Shown piece after piece: positions 18,160-27,250 of a stretch of DNA of 64,000 nt. A model generated the notes under the pieces. The model ran no database searches. It was not told where the DNA came from and saw only the letters and a list, made by a program, of their open reading frames with translations. Source of the DNA: Pyrinomonadaceae bacterium (GTDB lineage Bacteria; Acidobacteriota; Blastocatellia; Pyrinomonadales; Pyrinomonadaceae); the NCBI GenBank assembly GCA_051002415.1, contig JBPCMI010000140.1:363-64362 (forward strand), given 5' to 3'. The position numbers and the translations under genes were made by a program. Position 1 is the first letter of the stretch; the number at the start of each line of letters is the position of its first letter.

Positions 18160-21100
18160 CTAAAAGATCACCTTTTTCACAGGGTTAGGTTGGGATCCAC
18201 TCGGCAGCGCCTCTACATTTAATAGGAAGCGAAAGTTACCGCCCTGTTGGACTCCGAGCAGGAACTGCACGTTAATTGAAGCGCCCGGCGCGAGTGGGGA
18301 CGCAAGCGTAATCGTCCCGGCTGACGCGGAGGAATTAAGTCCACCGCCAAGGGTTTGAGTCGGAGGCTGCTCCAAAGTTGTGCCTTCGATCATAATAACG
18401 CTTCCTGGTCCCGCGCATCCTCCTCCGCTCCCAACGCAAGTAGCGGTAAAACTGCTCGAAGTAAACAGTCGCAGGTCAGCGTTGCCCGCAGCGGGAGGCA
18501 GAGACCTCATGTCTACAGCTCGGAAACGCAATCGCGTCACCGGGGACCCAGTATTGTTCTTGAAGGTGCGGCGGATCGATAGCGTACCCAGAGTCGCATT
18601 CGTTCCGGGTGTGGTGTCGCGATGCCGCGCGCAAGTTGTGTTCGAAGCCGCGCCGGCGCCACTGCTGTTGGCGCAGGCGATGTCAACAAGGGAAGCCTTG
18701 ATAGTAGCGTTGCGCTGTAAGGGACTCAAAAGATTTTCAGGTCCTGGCGCGCCCAGATGACGCCCACCGATAGTGCCGTCGGCGGTAGCGCCTGTCGCAC
18801 AACCCACAACAAACAAGCAAGTGGCCTGTGTGTCGACAATCACAAAATCGGCAAGATTGTTGTCAGTATCCTTCGGCGTACCCGTGCTCAAATTGCGAGT
18901 CAGACTGTGGTCAGTGGAAGCCGTCGTGATGAGACTCGGATAGCCAATGCCTTCCTTGTAGAGCGTGTTCGCTTCGCTGTCAGATCCGACAGCGTCAATG
19001 CGATTGGCCAACGTGTAACTCGCGCCGCCAGTCGCATTGTTAAAGATAGCGATTCCGGCGTTGTCCACAATCTCAGTGGTGTACGTCGCATCTCCGAGTG
19101 CGGTCGTGCCATTGCCGGCCGGATACGACGCTAGCGAGTAGCCTCCTGAGTTGACACATAAATAATGCCCACCGTTCGGGATCACCGTTCCGTTCGGAAT
19201 GGTGCAACGCGTAACGCCGTCGGAAGCGGCTACGCCGAGACCTGACGAAGCATCTGCGGCCTGCGCAGTAATAGCCGCACCGCTCGCGTTATAGACCTCA
19301 ATGAACTCGTCGCTGATGCCGTTAGATCCGCGAAGACGGAATTCGCTGATAACCAAATTACCGGCACTTAGAAGAACCAGCTCATCAGCACCGATATCCG
19401 GTGTTGTTGCGGAACGAGTCTGGTCGTCAAAGTCGTTTGTAACACCACCCGCGGGAGTACCTGCATTTAGAACGGGCGTGGCAGTTGGTTTCAAGTGCAA
19501 GTCGCCTGTAGCTGCATTAACGAAGAAGTCTGAGACATTGAAACTCGCTGCTGTGTTGGCTATGGAGTTCGCGTCCCGCGCAGGCGGTCCTGCCTGCCAC
19601 GTGGCAAACGAAACCGGAGTGGCTGTTGACGAGGTTGAGAGGTCCATGAAGTTTGCAGCAGTTGCACCCGTCCCGGCAAAGAAATTGAAATTGGAAACAA
19701 ATGTTCCAGTGTTCACCGATTGATCACCTCCGGCGAAGTGATTACCCGTGCCGCCGGTGCGACTGTTGAAACAGAGGTTGTCGATTGCCGTATAAGTGGT
19801 CGGCGCACTGAATCCGCGCTGGCAGGCCCAGCTATTTGCAGTTCCCGATCCGGTTCCACCAATCAGGGCAGTGTTGAAGTAGGCACTAAACGTATTTCCC
19901 GCAAAACCGAAGTCCCTAATTCCGAAGATGCTCTGAGCGTTAGTAAAGCTCGGAACGATCGACACCATATTATTAACGACCGACAAATTCGCGGGGTTAC
20001 CACTTGAGCCGTTAGATTGGATTCCGGTTAACGTACCCGTTGAACCGCTGGTGCTCGGGAAATTATAGATACGGTTCTGAGATACCGTGGTCGCGCGAAC
20101 ATCGTTAAATTGCATGCCGCTGGTGCCGAGAGTAGTGGTTAAATCGTGAACCTTGTTTTCGGAGAACAGGTTGGTCCCACCTGCACTATTCACCGCTACA
20201 CCAAACAGAGAAGTCGTTCTTGCCGCTGTCTGAAAGATATCGTTGTTAGTAACAGTCACGTCGTCGCTCATTCCGACAAGGATACCCGCCTGCGTAAAGT
20301 TAATAATCTGATTGTTGTTAATCAGAATATTAGTATTCGAAACGGTAGCGGATGATCCAATCAGGTTAATTACGTTGAACGGCACGCTGACCGCGTCGGT
20401 CCTGTCACGAATTATGTTTCCGACAATCTGAATATTGTCGTTACCCGTCGTAACGCCGGTACTGATGAACAGCACACTGCTCGTGCCGCCGCCTTCCAGC
20501 GTAGTGTTCTGGAGGGTGTTAGTAGACGCGTCGTTGATGTAACGAACGGCAGTTCCGGTGCCTGCCGTGGTGTTTCTAATGGTCAGAGAGTTGCCGCCTG
20601 TATTCAGACCATCAATGACCACGCCATCGGCGCCGCTAAAATCAAGCAAGACCACTGCGCTGCCTCCGGAAATCAGACGCGCTGCCCCGCCGCTCGGCAG
20701 AATTGTTACGGTAAAGCCTCCGCCGAATTCATTCAGTGAAATTGCCCCTGACTCGGTTGTCAAATCGGAGGTAATGTTGACTGTCAGATTGGCAGACAGT
20801 GCTCCGTTGTTAATTGCCTCAAACAATCCGCCAGGATTTGTCAAAGACGTAAAGGTTTCGCCTGAGCCAACATTCACCGCACTGCCGAATGTAACTGAAT
20901 TCAGAATCGTCAAAACGGCCGAGCTGGGAGTTCCGAGGGTTGCGCCCGTCGGGTTCGACAAGGCAAGATTAACGGTCTCACTACCTTCAACGACTCCATC
21001 GCTGCAGAGCGTGACGTTGAAAGTTTTTGTTGCGAAATCATTATCGGCCCAGTTAAAAGTTCCCGAAGTATTGATGTAATCAACTCCGGCTGTACAAGAC

Positions 21101-22935
21101 GCGCCGCCCGTTGCCGAGCCTCCGGCAACCGTGGCGAAGTCAACCGAGGCTGCACCGCTAGCGCCGCCTGTGCGCGTAACGCTAATAGTCACCACGCCGG
21201 AAGCTTCAGTAACAGTGTAGGTCGCGGAACTGAACTGGACTGTTCCTCCGGAGGGATAGAATTCATCAGCGCCGATGTCCGGAGCAGCGCCATTGGGTCG
21301 CACCTGGGAGTCGATATCGTCGGCGATCCCTGCGATGGTGGTTCCCATGTCAATGTTAGGTGAGAGCGGCGCCAGATGAAGGTTGCTGGTAGTTGAGAAG
21401 TAAAGCGGGTCTACCTGCTTGGAATTAGCATCCTGCGGGGTGGTTAGAGCCGCCTGCCAGTTTGCCAAGGTTTGAAACGACGTAGTAGCGGTATTCCCCG
21501 ACCCGATAGTGGAAAAGCCGCCGGTTCGCAACTGCGTATTCGCCGGGTTGATGTAATAGTTGTTGAAATTCAGGCCACCGGTTCCAAAGCTGTAAGCGGC
21601 GGCATTTAAAGTAATCGCATAATAAAAATTGGCCGCTGTGTTTGAATTCACATCCAGATAGATGCTGTTATTCATCAACGTCAGATTTGCGTTGTTGCTG
21701 CTGTTTGCCTGCGTCACGCGAATCGCGTTGGCGTAAGTTGACGCTGACGCCGCCGCGCCAGGATCCATGTCGCCGGTCAGACTGATCGAGTTGAAAACAA
21801 TTCTATCCGTATGTCCGTTGGCGTAACCGATAGCTACAACCTGGTCGCCAGCCGTTGCATCGGCGCGGATGTTGTAGACAAAGTTATTCGCTACCAGGTT
21901 ATTAGTAGCTGCTCCACCACGGGTGGTTCCGAGTCTGATACCGATTGCCGAGAAAGTTCTCTCCTCGACAATGTCGTGAATAACATTCTTCGTTACTGTG
22001 TAATCGCCGCTCGTAATAGTCGTCGATTCGGTGACACTCCAGTTTTCTCCGCCGATGCAGATGCCACAGCGGTCTGCGCCTGCCGTCGTATTAGCCAAAT
22101 CGCCACCCACGAACTGAACCGTGTTGCGTGAGACCAGCGCGCCGGTGTCCGCTTGCAGGTAAATTCCGGCTTTACCGATTGCGTCAGCGCCGAACGATGC
22201 CGGACCGATAACATTGTCTGTAATAACAAGACCTTCGTTGTTGTTAGTAGTTACGCCCCTGGTCGCCAGACCGTACCGCGCTCTTGTGATCCGGTTGAAG
22301 ATGAATTGATTGTTGTCGTTGTCGTTGCCATCCGTGGCTATAAGGCTAATCGTCGTGCCTCCCATTAAAACGCCGACGGTCGCATTGGTATTGACGTTTG
22401 CCGTCGCGCCCGCCGCAATTTCAAGATTGCGGATCACGTTGTTGCTTGCGCCATTACCAGCTGCGACGCTAGCTAACCAGATGGCAACCGTCGCCGACGC
22501 CGTGCTGTTATTGCGAACAGTCAAGTCGCGATTTGTTCCTGAACCCCCGATGCGCCCATCAATCGTGACATTGTCTGCCCCATTCAGTTTTATGATTGCG
22601 CCCACGATGGTACCGCTTACCGAAACTCCCGGAGCCGTTGGTCGAATCGTTATCGTCGCCCAGTCACCAGCGTTTAGCGCTGCCGTGGCAGTTTCCGTCG
22701 TGCTCGCCGCTATATCGATAGTGATGTTGTTGCCGGTCTGGACGGCGTTCGCATTAATTGCATCGAAAGCGGCTTTCAAAGTTGTATAGCCGCCGTTTGC
22801 GCCAGTTGAACCCGCCACGGTGACCTGGGCCGACGCGGTCGCGGTCATCAACGTCAATGCCGCAATCAGAGTTATCAACGCCGACGCCAGTCGCGCTCCA
22901 AGCAATGCGGAGCCGGGACTCATAGTTCTCTTCAT
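18160..22935 (-). CDS. Large secreted protein P3: parallel beta-helix repeats + Calx-beta-like + LTD + shared C-terminal module
   Basis: Signal peptide (LITLIAALTLMTATASA). Long runs of N/G/T-rich beta-helix-type repeats (NNxIxN). Calx-beta-like VQFSSATYTVTEASGVVTISV...VDYINTSGTFNW. LTD LVISEFRLRG...DEFIEVYN. Module ...FRFLLNVEALP plus a 13-aa tail. Start at 22935, 22974 or 22923. Confidence 0.8.
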   Translation of the reverse strand: MKRTMSPGSALLGARLASALITLIAALTLMTATASAQVTVAGSTGANGGYTTLKAAFDAINANAVQTGNNITIDIAASTTETATAALNAGDWATITIRPTAPGVSVSGTIVGAIIKLNGADNVTIDGRIGGSGTNRDLTVRNNSTASATVAIWLASVAAGNGASNNVIRNLEIAAGATANVNTNATVGVLMGGTTISLIATDGNDNDNNQFIFNRITRARYGLATRGVTTNNNEGLVITDNVIGPASFGADAIGKAGIYLQADTGALVSRNTVQFVGGDLANTTAGADRCGICIGGENWSVTESTTITSGDYTVTKNVIHDIVEERTFSAIGIRLGTTRGGAATNNLVANNFVYNIRADATAGDQVVAIGYANGHTDRIVFNSISLTGDMDPGAAASASTYANAIRVTQANSSNNANLTLMNNSIYLDVNSNTAANFYYAITLNAAAYSFGTGGLNFNNYYINPANTQLRTGGFSTIGSGNTATTSFQTLANWQAALTTPQDANSKQVDPLYFSTTSNLHLAPLSPNIDMGTTIAGIADDIDSQVRPNGAAPDIGADEFYPSGGTVQFSSATYTVTEASGVVTISVTRTGGASGAASVDFATVAGGSATGGASCTAGVDYINTSGTFNWADNDFATKTFNVTLCSDGVVEGSETVNLALSNPTGATLGTPSSAVLTILNSVTFGSAVNVGSGETFTSLTNPGGLFEAINNGALSANLTVNITSDLTTESGAISLNEFGGGFTVTILPSGGAARLISGGSAVVLLDFSGADGVVIDGLNTGGNSLTIRNTTAGTGTAVRYINDASTNTLQNTTLEGGGTSSVLFISTGVTTGNDNIQIVGNIIRDRTDAVSVPFNVINLIGSSATVSNTNILINNNQIINFTQAGILVGMSDDVTVTNNDIFQTAARTTSLFGVAVNSAGGTNLFSENKVHDLTTTLGTSGMQFNDVRATTVSQNRIYNFPSTSGSTGTLTGIQSNGSSGNPANLSVVNNMVSIVPSFTNAQSIFGIRDFGFAGNTFSAYFNTALIGGTGSGTANSWACQRGFSAPTTYTAIDNLCFNSRTGGTGNHFAGGDQSVNTGTFVSNFNFFAGTGATAANFMDLSTSSTATPVSFATWQAGPPARDANSIANTAASFNVSDFFVNAATGDLHLKPTATPVLNAGTPAGGVTNDFDDQTRSATTPDIGADELVLLSAGNLVISEFRLRGSNGISDEFIEVYNASGAAITAQAADASSGLGVAASDGVTRCTIPNGTVIPNGGHYLCVNSGGYSLASYPAGNGTTALGDATYTTEIVDNAGIAIFNNATGGASYTLANRIDAVGSDSEANTLYKEGIGYPSLITTASTDHSLTRNLSTGTPKDTDNNLADFVIVDTQATCLFVVGCATGATADGTIGGRHLGAPGPENLLSPLQRNATIKASLVDIACANSSGAGAASNTTCARHRDTTPGTNATLGTLSIRRTFKNNTGSPVTRLRFRAVDMRSLPPAAGNADLRLFTSSSFTATCVGSGGGCAGPGSVIMIEGTTLEQPPTQTLGGGLNSSASAGTITLASPLAPGASINVQFLLGVQQGGNFRFLLNVEALPSGSQPNPVKKVIF

Positions 22936-23409
22936 TGTTTGGTTCGATGCGAAATTAGTTGGCGAAACTCTCATCGTGGTCGTCTCCTCGGTGGGGCCAG
23001 AATTCCAAAGTCGTCACTGCGGATGCAGCCGAACTATGTCGTTGGAGCGGGGACAGAACCTCTTATCAGGTTCCGAACAGTAACGGGTTGGTTAAACTTC
23101 TTAAGGTTCTGGTGGGCGCGTGTTAATTCGGTCCATCCAGAGCGCTGTTGCTGAAAGCTAAACTTCTTTGCTGTTTGGGTGGGTTTATTAAGTGAGTTTA
23201 TCCAAACAGCTCAGTGCTGAAAGCTTATTCTGGAATATGGCAAAAAGCGGAAGATTGTTAGGCACACAAAATACACACCTCGCCGGAGTAAGGCAAGACT
23301 TTCGGACAACCGTCAAGCTTGAAGACTTCAATACCAGGCAGAGCTTAAAAAAGCAGGAGATAGTAGCGGTAGATGATTCCAATCAAGTGTCGAGAAGTTT
23401 GGAAAGCAA

Positions 23410-25233
23410 CTATTGCAGAACATAGATCAGATAGTTTGTATTACCGAGTCGTTGCCAGCCTTCCTGTATCGCCCAACTCGGCGCAGCATCAGCAATAACA
23501 ACTCGAGCGCCGGTACCAGCGATTGCCGCGATAGCTTGAGCTCTAGTGATCTCATCAACCGCCCAGAATTTTTCCGCTTCGCCTCCTGGTGCTGCCGGTA
23601 TCTCTGCCACCACGCGCACTCGAGCCAGCCGCGGCCAGGCCGCGAACATTGTGTTACCCACTGACGCGACACGATCGTTTTGCTGCACGCCACGCTGCTG
23701 TAATTCGTGGGCGACTTGCCACTGAACGTCACGAAGCTCTGAACGTCCGTATGAAAGATCGCGCACACCCGAATACGCTAAACGTGCGGTATGTGGAAGG
23801 ACAGAGAGCAGAAAAAAGAGGACTAATGCCAGACTCACCCCCGAAACCAGGCGACGCGTTTCAGACGTGTCTGCAAGCTGCACCCCTGCGAGACAACTCA
23901 AAGCGATCACTGCAACGAACGGCGCGATGTAACGCGGCTCAATATTGATCGTGAGATAAAGCGCCAGAGCGATCAGCGACGGAGCAATGAGAAACCAATA
24001 GGCAAGCAGGCTTCGCAACACGACGTGGCGATTACCGCTCTGGTAAAGCAATGCAAACAACGCGAACGCCAGGGCGACGAGGAAGAAACGATAAAACAAA
24101 AAGCCATAAAGCCCGGTAAGATTGCGCCAGACGGCGGCAACTTGTTGGCGCAGATTAAACTGCGGTCTGATGCCCTCGTACCAGTAGGAGGGATCGTACC
24201 AGGGCGGATAACTGATTCCGGCTGCTCCGTTAAATTCGTAAACGGCTGGAACGTCGAAAATCTTCCGAGTCGGATGCAACGGCGTGCCGCTGCCCGTGGG
24301 ATTACCTTGCCAGTGCGTGAACCGCGTCGTTCCATTGACGTACCAGGCGTAGTTCACGCGCGCGCTGTCCCCGATTGTGAAGCGATTCTTCGCGCGCGAG
24401 ATGACGATGACGAACGGAGCTGCCAACGTTAGAAAAACTACAAACGTGATGCCAACGCGCATGAGGGCGGGCTTGAATCCTATCGATTGTCGCGTCAGCA
24501 AATAAGCAACGAGAATAAAAACCAGAGCCAGCGGGAACATTAACGTCTTCGCCAGATAACTAAAACCCAACACAATTCCCAATGCTACAAATAAGTCACG
24601 GCGCGAGGCGGCAGTTTTGATTTTCAATACAAGTCCGCAGGCTACGAAGATCATGGCAGCCAGAAGTAGATCCGGACTAGTGCGCCAAACACGATTCATG
24701 AACAGCGACGTCCAGATGAAAGTCGTGTAACCAAAAATCACCCAGCTCCATTCCGGTAGTGACCCGTCTTTGATTCGCAGTTGCCGGTCCCTTCTTAGCG
24801 CGCGCAGAAAGTAGGCGAAGCTGGACAAAGCTGCGACGTAAATCAGGAAGTTTAAGAGGCGCACGACGGTAAATTCCCAAAATGGCGAGGGCTTAAACAG
24901 CTTGAGCCAGAATCCAGCCAACCACGAATAGAGAGGGCTCCACATCGCATTCACAGCGACGTACCAGTCGCCGCGCAGATAAGCGTCGCCGATGTCGAGA
25001 TAGGAGATGCCATCGGGACCCATGTAAGCGAGACCATCGGCGCTTACGTGACGGCGGGCCCAAGCCTGAAGGAAACCTAAAAGCAGAGCGGTTAACCAAA
25101 AGAGCCGTTCGCAACGTGTTGAATTAAACCTCCGAAATGAGTCAACACCGGGCGAAGTCTCGTCTGTCTTGAGTTGATCGGCAGAGGGGTCAGGCACGGG
25201 GCGCATCTTTACCCGCGTAAAACAGCTTGTCAA
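23410..25233 (-). CDS. Polytopic membrane protein, GT-C fold glycosyltransferase-like (ArnT/PMT-like)
   Basis: At least 10 hydrophobic helices. Acidic first loop (SADGLAYMGPDGISYLDIGDAYL). C-terminal soluble domain. Assignment is by architecture and motif impression only. Confidence 0.5.
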   Translation of the reverse strand: MTSCFTRVKMRPVPDPSADQLKTDETSPGVDSFRRFNSTRCERLFWLTALLLGFLQAWARRHVSADGLAYMGPDGISYLDIGDAYLRGDWYVAVNAMWSPLYSWLAGFWLKLFKPSPFWEFTVVRLLNFLIYVAALSSFAYFLRALRRDRQLRIKDGSLPEWSWVIFGYTTFIWTSLFMNRVWRTSPDLLLAAMIFVACGLVLKIKTAASRRDLFVALGIVLGFSYLAKTLMFPLALVFILVAYLLTRQSIGFKPALMRVGITFVVFLTLAAPFVIVISRAKNRFTIGDSARVNYAWYVNGTTRFTHWQGNPTGSGTPLHPTRKIFDVPAVYEFNGAAGISYPPWYDPSYWYEGIRPQFNLRQQVAAVWRNLTGLYGFLFYRFFLVALAFALFALLYQSGNRHVVLRSLLAYWFLIAPSLIALALYLTINIEPRYIAPFVAVIALSCLAGVQLADTSETRRLVSGVSLALVLFFLLSVLPHTARLAYSGVRDLSYGRSELRDVQWQVAHELQQRGVQQNDRVASVGNTMFAAWPRLARVRVVAEIPAAPGGEAEKFWAVDEITRAQAIAAIAGTGARVVIADAAPSWAIQEGWQRLGNTNYLIYVLQ

Positions 25234-25357
25234 CGGGAAGTGGAAGGGGGAATGGGAAGGGGGGAACAGGGGAACTACCCATCAAACACGTTTCGCCGTT
25301 CCCTGTTCCCCTCTTCCCCCTCTTCCCCTTTTCCCCCTTTCCCCTGTTCCCCTGTTG
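25231..25357. repeat. Inverted pair of GGGGAAC/GGGAAGG-type arrays in a divergent intergenic region
   Basis: caacgggaagtggaagggggaatgggaaggggggaacaggggaac ... gttccctgttcccctcttccccctcttccccttttccccctttcccctgttcccctgttg. Confidence 0.65.
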
Positions 25358-25408
25358 ACTCTTGCCCTTCCCCCTTTTCCGTCTGCGCTTTTATACTCGC
25401 CGCGCACA

Positions 25409-26698
25409 ATGCCGATGATGAAAACGATTCGCTGGCGTTGGGGTCTCCTTGCGGCGCTGGCAATAGTCTTGCTATCGCTCTTCCCACAATTATTTTTGTG
25501 GCGCGATCGCGGCCGCGACTGGAATGGCGCTCATGCGTTTATCTACGCGGATGAGACGGCCTATGCGTCCTACGTGAATGCACTCATCGACGGGAGACCG
25601 CGACGCAACGACCCCTACACCGGGAGCAATGATGCTCCAGCGACCCCGCTGTTTGAAACACAGTTCTCGATCCAGTTTGCCCCTGCATATCTGATGGCCA
25701 TTCCGGCGCGAGCCCTGGGGTTGTCCAGCGCGACCGTTTTCATCTTCCTTGCTCCAGCAGTCGCCTTTACAACAGCACTCGCACTCTTTTGGCTGTTGGC
25801 CCTACTGACCGACGATGATCGCGCTGCAGCGGCCTTTGTTCCTTTCGTACTCTGTCTCGGAGTGTTGCTCTCAGGTAGTGGCGTGGCGCGAGCCTTTCTG
25901 GGACAACCAACAACCTATTCATACCTGCCTTTTCTGCGCCGCTATATGCCTGCGGGGTCGTTTCCCTGGTTCATGCTGTTTTTTCCCTGCTTCTGGCTTG
26001 CCCTAATCGGTGCCAAACGACGCCAAAGGATCTTCTACGCCATCGCTGCCGGCGTCTGCTTTACTCTTTGCGTGTATGGCTACTTCTACCTATGGACCAC
26101 AGCGTTGGCGTGGCTGGTGCTCATCGCCTTGCTCTGGTTCATAGTCAAACCGCAAGGATGGCAAGCGGCTCTCAAATCGAGCGCGTTGGTCAGTGTGATC
26201 GCGATTGCGGCTTTGGTTCCTTACGGCCTCATGCTCTCGCAACGCGGTCCATTTGGATTCAGTGCAAATGCTCGTCTATACACGCAGACCCGATCTCTGG
26301 CGCCCAATCGAAGGCCTTGCATTGCTAATTGTTTTGGCGCTGATTGTGGCTTGCAAACAGGGCAGACTGAGTTGGCGCGATCCTCGCACACTCGTTACTG
26401 CGGCATTCGCGCTTTTGCCATTCCTGCTCTTCAATCAACAAGTGATCACGGGCCGGTCGCTCCAGTCGATGCACTACGAACAATACGTCGCCAGTTATAC
26501 GACGCTGATAGCAGCCGCCTTGACGATCATCCTCCTCTGGCGCGGCGAATCGAAACGACAACTGTCCTGGCGCTTCGTCTTAATCGCAGCTTGTCTCACC
26601 TACGGCTGGGGTCTCGGCGAGACTCTCATCTCAACGAGACGTTTTGCTCAAGCAAATGTAAGACGCGACGAGGCGCGGCCAGTGGAACTGCGACTTAG
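25409..26698 (+). CDS. GT-C/PMT-like membrane protein, N-terminal fragment (frameshifted paralogue of 27251-29167)
   Basis: MPMMKTIRWRWGLLAALAIVLL...FIYADETAYASYVNALIDGRPRRNDPYTG aligns with the 27251 protein up to ~LVPYGLML (about 26235). After that this frame becomes non-homologous. Confidence 0.55.
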   Translation: MPMMKTIRWRWGLLAALAIVLLSLFPQLFLWRDRGRDWNGAHAFIYADETAYASYVNALIDGRPRRNDPYTGSNDAPATPLFETQFSIQFAPAYLMAIPARALGLSSATVFIFLAPAVAFTTALALFWLLALLTDDDRAAAAFVPFVLCLGVLLSGSGVARAFLGQPTTYSYLPFLRRYMPAGSFPWFMLFFPCFWLALIGAKRRQRIFYAIAAGVCFTLCVYGYFYLWTTALAWLVLIALLWFIVKPQGWQAALKSSALVSVIAIAALVPYGLMLSQRGPFGFSANARLYTQTRSLAPNRRPCIANCFGADCGLQTGQTELARSSHTRYCGIRAFAIPALQSTSDHGPVAPVDALRTIRRQLYDADSSRLDDHPPLARRIETTTVLALRLNRSLSHLRLGSRRDSHLNETFCSSKCKTRRGAASGTAT

Positions 26699-27221
26699 GG
26701 AACTGGGAGGTAGTGTTGCTGCCGCTTCAGGGCAATCGCCTGGTGTTGTTTATTCTCCGGATTTCGCCCGAACTGACCATCTGCCAATGGTGGCGCCACA
26801 AGCGGTGCTGTGGGCGCCGCACATGATTTTCTTTTCCACCCTACGTCCTTCCCAATACACGGAACGTTTCTTTCAGCAGCTTTATTACTCGGATGTGAGC
26901 GCCGAAGAGCTTGAGCGTGACTACTTGAATCAGAAATTTGCGAGAGAGGCGATCTTCGGTTGGGAGCGCGTGAATCCAAACCTGACAGCGGATTTCAAAC
27001 CGATCACTTCCGCTGAACTTGCCGACGAAGTAAAAAGTTATGGAGCTTACGTCGCGGGCTTCGATCGCTCAAAAGCGAGTCAACCTGCCCTGACCTATTT
27101 GGTGATCAAAACGGATGTTCCAGCCGATCTTACGAAAATTGACCGTTGGTACATTCGCGACAGTGGTGAGCCAATCGGTCGCTACTTGCTTTATCGATTG
27201 ACTCTGCGGGAGCACCAGTAA
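26205..27221 (+). CDS. C-terminal fragment of the same frameshifted GT-C/PMT-like gene
   Basis: From AVHLDSVQMLVYTRRP... onward (LLPFLLFNQQVITG, HYEQYV, RLRELGG, QQLYYS, IFGWERVN, DRWY) this frame aligns with the 27251 paralogue. Confidence 0.55.
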   Translation: MRLWFLTASCSRNAVHLDSVQMLVYTRRPDLWRPIEGLALLIVLALIVACKQGRLSWRDPRTLVTAAFALLPFLLFNQQVITGRSLQSMHYEQYVASYTTLIAAALTIILLWRGESKRQLSWRFVLIAACLTYGWGLGETLISTRRFAQANVRRDEARPVELRLRELGGSVAAASGQSPGVVYSPDFARTDHLPMVAPQAVLWAPHMIFFSTLRPSQYTERFFQQLYYSDVSAEELERDYLNQKFAREAIFGWERVNPNLTADFKPITSAELADEVKSYGAYVAGFDRSKASQPALTYLVIKTDVPADLTKIDRWYIRDSGEPIGRYLLYRLTLREHQ

Positions 27222-27250
27222 CTTTGCCTGGTTCTTTGAGTGAATGACTC

